This document shows, one piece after another, positions 55,782-55,993 of a DNA stretch of 55,993 bases. The position numbers and the translations under genes were made by a program. Origin of the DNA: Eubacteriales bacterium (GTDB lineage Bacteria; Bacillota; Clostridia; Oscillospirales; CAG-272). The notes beneath the pieces are model-generated. The model did not search any database and had not been told where the DNA came from. It saw nothing but the letters and a program-made list of their open reading frames with translations. Each line of letters starts with the position of its first letter. Position 1 is the stretch's first letter. The stretch spans positions 1 through 55,993 of the forward strand of contig JBMNUI010000004.1 in assembly GCA_050946195.1 (NCBI GenBank). Reading direction: 5' to 3'.

Positions 55782-55993
55782 TATTGACAAGAATGCTGTT
55801 AGCATTTTACAAACAACGAGAGATGAGCGAAATAAAGATATTCAACAACCCAAAAGCGAGAGAGAGCAATAAGCAAGCAAGGCTAAAAGGCGCCGGATAA
55901 AACGGCGCGAAATAGGTATAAAGTTTCGGGAAACGGATGTGGAAACGATGTCAAGCGTAACGCATCAGAGTTTTTTTAGAAAGTTTATACTTT

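Overview
Chromosomal segment of a spore-forming, moderately GC-rich Clostridia (Eubacteriales/Oscillospiraceae-like) bacterium. It is mostly housekeeping: hcp, murC, spoVG, thiI, pit-DUF47, asnS, mrnC, the gdpP-rplI-dnaB-tilS-hpt-ftsH operon, the rimP-nusA-ylxR-ylxQ-infB operon, a Val-Asp-Phe-Gly-Cys tRNA operon and tRNA-Trp. There is one accessory block (about 4.8-14 kb) of an AraC regulator, an FAD oxidoreductase and several cell-surface proteins. I found no CRISPR array, integrase, transposase or recognisable defence system. The most notable unexplained signals are: (1) a candidate ~118-nt sRNA at 27812-27929 (-) with a perfect sigma-A promoter, an anti-Shine-Dalgarno loop and its own terminator; (2) a dispersed intergenic two-hairpin repeat family (6 loci in 56 kb) whose second stem changes sequence but keeps pairing, plus a second palindromic element sharing the GAACCCC motif; (3) a non-LPXTG 'GCxS-TM-RKKK' C-terminal sorting signal on a secreted protein; (4) a DEDDh exonuclease carrying a tandem 65-aa repeat and a zinc ribbon; (5) an uncharacterised three-gene operon with a sigma-E/K-like -10. 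All family assignments come from motif recognition by eye; no database searches were run.
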